A DNA stretch of 64,000 nucleotides. Source: Phycisphaerae bacterium. Lineage in GTDB: Bacteria > Planctomycetota > Phycisphaerae > FEN-1346 > JAACEH01. Made by a program: the position numbers and the translations under genes. The stretch lies in NCBI GenBank assembly GCA_041690105.1, contig JAWLHX010000005.1:1551-65550 (forward strand), written 5' to 3'. Under the pieces are notes generated by a model. That model searched no databases, was not told where the DNA came from, and was given only the letters and a program-made list of their open reading frames with translations. Below, in pieces: positions 61,424 to 64,000 of the stretch; the first letter of the stretch is position 1; each line of letters starts with the position of its first letter.

Positions 61424-63283
61424 ATGATGACTATCGGAACAGACACCTTGGGGATAACAGCCGCGGCGGACGGTGCGGAGGTCCGCGTGACTGATGTGCT
61501 GCGCCACTGCCAGTGGGTGTGGCGCAGCGACGGGGCGACGTTCATGCAGGCAGGCGAGCAGGCCCCACGTCCGCTGGGCCGCCCGACCATCCTGATGAGC
61601 ACCGATACGATGGAAGTCGTCTTCACCGCCGGCGGCGGCACGGTTAGTTATGTGTGGTCGGTGGAAGGTGACTCCGTTGTCATTCGCCTGCGGTGTGACG
61701 CGCCGCAGATTGAATCAGTATGCCTGCCGGGGGCCTTTGCCCCGGCCGAGGGCACGGCCAGGGCGGCGGTGCCGGTGTACCAGGGACTGCTGCTGCGGGG
61801 CAGCGGCCACACGTGGCGGCGTCGCGTCGGCCATGGCGGCCACGAGGGATTCACCATGGCCATGGGCGCCATGCTGGGTGACCGTGGCGGATTGCTGGTC
61901 GTCCACGACAGCCCGTGCAACTGGATGGCCTGGTACGGCCAGAATGCCAGCGGTCCGGCATTTGGCTTTGAGCACCTGCGCTGTCCGGTTGAGGGCTGGG
62001 TGGATGCTTCGGTGCGGCTGTTCGCGGTCGATGCCGATGTCACCGCCGCCTGCAAGCGCTACCGCCGTCGCGTCATCGAGCAGGGCAACTTCGTGTCCTG
62101 GAGCGAGAAGATCGCACGCAAGCCGCTCGTCAAGGAACTCTTTGGAGCCCTGATTGCCTTCATCGGCTACAATCACGATGATTCGCTTGATTATGCCGCC
62201 TCAGCCGCTGCTCTGCATAGCCAGGGCTTTGAGTCGGTTTTCTACTACCCCGCCCGGATGTGCAGCTACACTCTGAACTTCCTCATGGGCGGGGATAAGC
62301 CGATCTGGCTGAGCGATGCACAGATCGAGGCGATGCGGGCGGTGCCCGGAGCGCACCTGTCGCCGTGGGGCTGGACGTTCGAGGGTCTGGACGATGGCTC
62401 GGAGGCCATGCGGTCGATCTTCCGCCATAACGAGTCGGGGCCTGCGGCCGGTTGGAAGATCGGCGAATTCCAATGGTACCAGGTCTGCACGCCATACCAG
62501 ATCGAGCACATCCGCAAACGGTTCGCCGGCGACATGGCGGCCATGGACTGGATCCACTATGACGTCAGCGCCAGTGTCGGCGGGCGTCCCTGCCTGACCT
62601 CCGGCCATGCCACTCACGGCAATGGGCCGCTTGGACGGCGGGGCGACACGCAGTGGATTCGCAGGCTGTTTGACCCCGAAACCGTGGGCAATCGTGTCGT
62701 CTCCAGCGAGGGCTTCGGCGATCATTTTGCGGGACACTACGACATTGGATCGACCAAGTGCATGCCTTTGTGGGGCGGTGCGGCCAACTGCGTGCCAATC
62801 CCGATGACCATGCTGGTCTTCCACGATTCCTGCATCCACGACTGGTGGGAACTGCACAACTACAACACCAACCCCGGATTCGGCCTGCAGCCGCTGCCGG
62901 AAGGCGTAGCACTGACTGGCGCGGGGCTGCCACAGCTCAAGGCGGCGATGGACGCCCTGTACGGTTGCCCGCCTAACGTGTTTCCCTTTGGCCGACAGTA
63001 CGCATGGGTGGACAAGTTCGGCGGCGACACCTTCGCCTTCACCATTCGCCCCGACGACCCATCTGTAGAGGAGGCCCTGGCTGCGGCATTGCCGGTGGCC
63101 CGGCTGCACGGGAAGATCGGGCAGTGCGAGATGACTTCGTGGGAGTCGCTCAGCGATGATGACGCCGTGCAGCGTACGGTCTTCGCCGACGGCACGGCCG
63201 TTGTCGCCAACCTCGGCGATGCTCCGTGCGAAATTGCCGGTTGCGAAAGGCTGATCGGCCATTCGTGGCGGCTGACGAATTGA
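61424..63283 (+). CDS. Putative glycoside hydrolase (DUF5696 / GH101-129-like barrel)
   Basis: WIHYDV and VVSSEG segments spaced like GH101/129-type barrel acidic residues; PMTMLVFHD; followed by a GH39-like gene. Confidence 0.5.
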   Translation: MMTIGTDTLGITAAADGAEVRVTDVLRHCQWVWRSDGATFMQAGEQAPRPLGRPTILMSTDTMEVVFTAGGGTVSYVWSVEGDSVVIRLRCDAPQIESVCLPGAFAPAEGTARAAVPVYQGLLLRGSGHTWRRRVGHGGHEGFTMAMGAMLGDRGGLLVVHDSPCNWMAWYGQNASGPAFGFEHLRCPVEGWVDASVRLFAVDADVTAACKRYRRRVIEQGNFVSWSEKIARKPLVKELFGALIAFIGYNHDDSLDYAASAAALHSQGFESVFYYPARMCSYTLNFLMGGDKPIWLSDAQIEAMRAVPGAHLSPWGWTFEGLDDGSEAMRSIFRHNESGPAAGWKIGEFQWYQVCTPYQIEHIRKRFAGDMAAMDWIHYDVSASVGGRPCLTSGHATHGNGPLGRRGDTQWIRRLFDPETVGNRVVSSEGFGDHFAGHYDIGSTKCMPLWGGAANCVPIPMTMLVFHDSCIHDWWELHNYNTNPGFGLQPLPEGVALTGAGLPQLKAAMDALYGCPPNVFPFGRQYAWVDKFGGDTFAFTIRPDDPSVEEALAAALPVARLHGKIGQCEMTSWESLSDDDAVQRTVFADGTAVVANLGDAPCEIAGCERLIGHSWRLTN

Positions 63284-63301
63284 CTTTCCTGGGAGAATGA
63301 G

Positions 63302-64000
63302 ATGAGCAGGCGCATTTCGACTTTGCCTGTTGCGAAAGTGCAGGTAAGCGCAGCGGAGGTTACAGGGCCGCTGGAAACCTGGCGTCATGCCCTCGGCCAC
63401 GGTGGAGTGAATTCCCATCCGCTGCCTGCCGGCGTTATCGACGGGGCCAAGCGGCTCCGGCCACGGCTGGTGCGGATATTCATCCAGGAGTTCTTCCGCC
63501 TCTATACTGCCACGGACCAATATGATTTTACGCGACTGGACCCGTACATGGAGGCGCTGGGGCGGACCGGCGCCAAGGTGGTCGCGGCCATCTGTGTCAA
63601 ACCGCCCCTGCTCTTTCCGCAGATTGACGAGACACAGTGGCGGCCCAACGACCCCGGGCAGTGGCACCGCTTAATTGTCGCCATGGTGCAGCGGTATACA
63701 GTTGAGCGGGCGCTGGTGACGCACTGGGAGGTGGGCAACGAGGTGGACATTGGTGAGGGGGGCGGCTGCCCGTACCTGATCCGCGACGGCGACGACTACT
63801 TCGAGTATTACCGCATGACGGTCGCAGCCATTCGTGAAGCAGCACCGGAGGTTAAGGTCGGTGGGCCGGCTGTGGCCGCTCTGGCCAATCCACCGATGGC
63901 AGACTTCATCCGCCGCTGCCGCGAGACCGGCGAGCCGCTGGATTTCATCTCCTACCATTTGTACTCCGACGACCCGGAGTTGCACGGTCGCTTGGTCCAT
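63302..64000 (+). CDS. GH39-like glycoside hydrolase; runs off the window edge
   Basis: Not in the ORF track. Manual translation from ATG 63302, open to 64000: YDFTRLD, HWEVGNEVD, VKVGGPA, LDFISYHLY. Confidence 0.8.
   Translation, partial: MSRRISTLPVAKVQVSAAEVTGPLETWRHALGHGGVNSHPLPAGVIDGAKRLRPRLVRIFIQEFFRLYTATDQYDFTRLDPYMEALGRTGAKVVAAICVKPPLLFPQIDETQWRPNDPGQWHRLIVAMVQRYTVERALVTHWEVGNEVDIGEGGGCPYLIRDGDDYFEYYRMTVAAIREAAPEVKVGGPAVAALANPPMADFIRRCRETGEPLDFISYHLYSDDPELHGRLVH

Overview
GC-rich bacterial chromosomal window. GC looks like the low-60s % by eye; it was not computed. Gene content suggests Planctomycetota, probably Phycisphaerae (inference from PEP-CTERM and dockerin surface proteins, lpxC-fabZ fusion, short pheT, dksA-lspA pairing, HEAT lipoproteins). 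Most of the window is housekeeping: hisF, queC, pgeF, murI, lspA, ribD, glmS, pheT, bamA-skp, lpxD-lpxC/fabZ-lpxA, tRNA-Pro(TGG) and tRNA-Ser(TGA). Several accessory modules sit among these. (1) An intact PilT beside a membrane-anchored PilB-like protein whose ATPase motifs are all degenerate, followed by a large CvpA fusion. (2) A clear cobalamin riboswitch with a terminator, upstream of a PEP-CTERM protein and a beta-propeller/dockerin protein, with no BtuB in view. (3) REP/BIME-like repeat mosaics. (4) A 5'-nucleotidase-like/tetraheme fusion. (5) Two tandem lipoprotein amidases and a candidate 6S RNA. (6) A GnnA-like oxidoreductase behind lpxA. (7) A Ku-ligase-Ku-polymerase NHEJ cluster whose ligase carries an N-terminal 8-Cys domain. 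(8) An ArsR-led 8-gene thiol-redox/permease operon containing a thioredoxin-NosL-MerB-like fusion. (9) Several putative glycan-active enzymes. No CRISPR array, integrase, transposase or prophage was seen. All family assignments come from motif recognition by eye; no database search was run.
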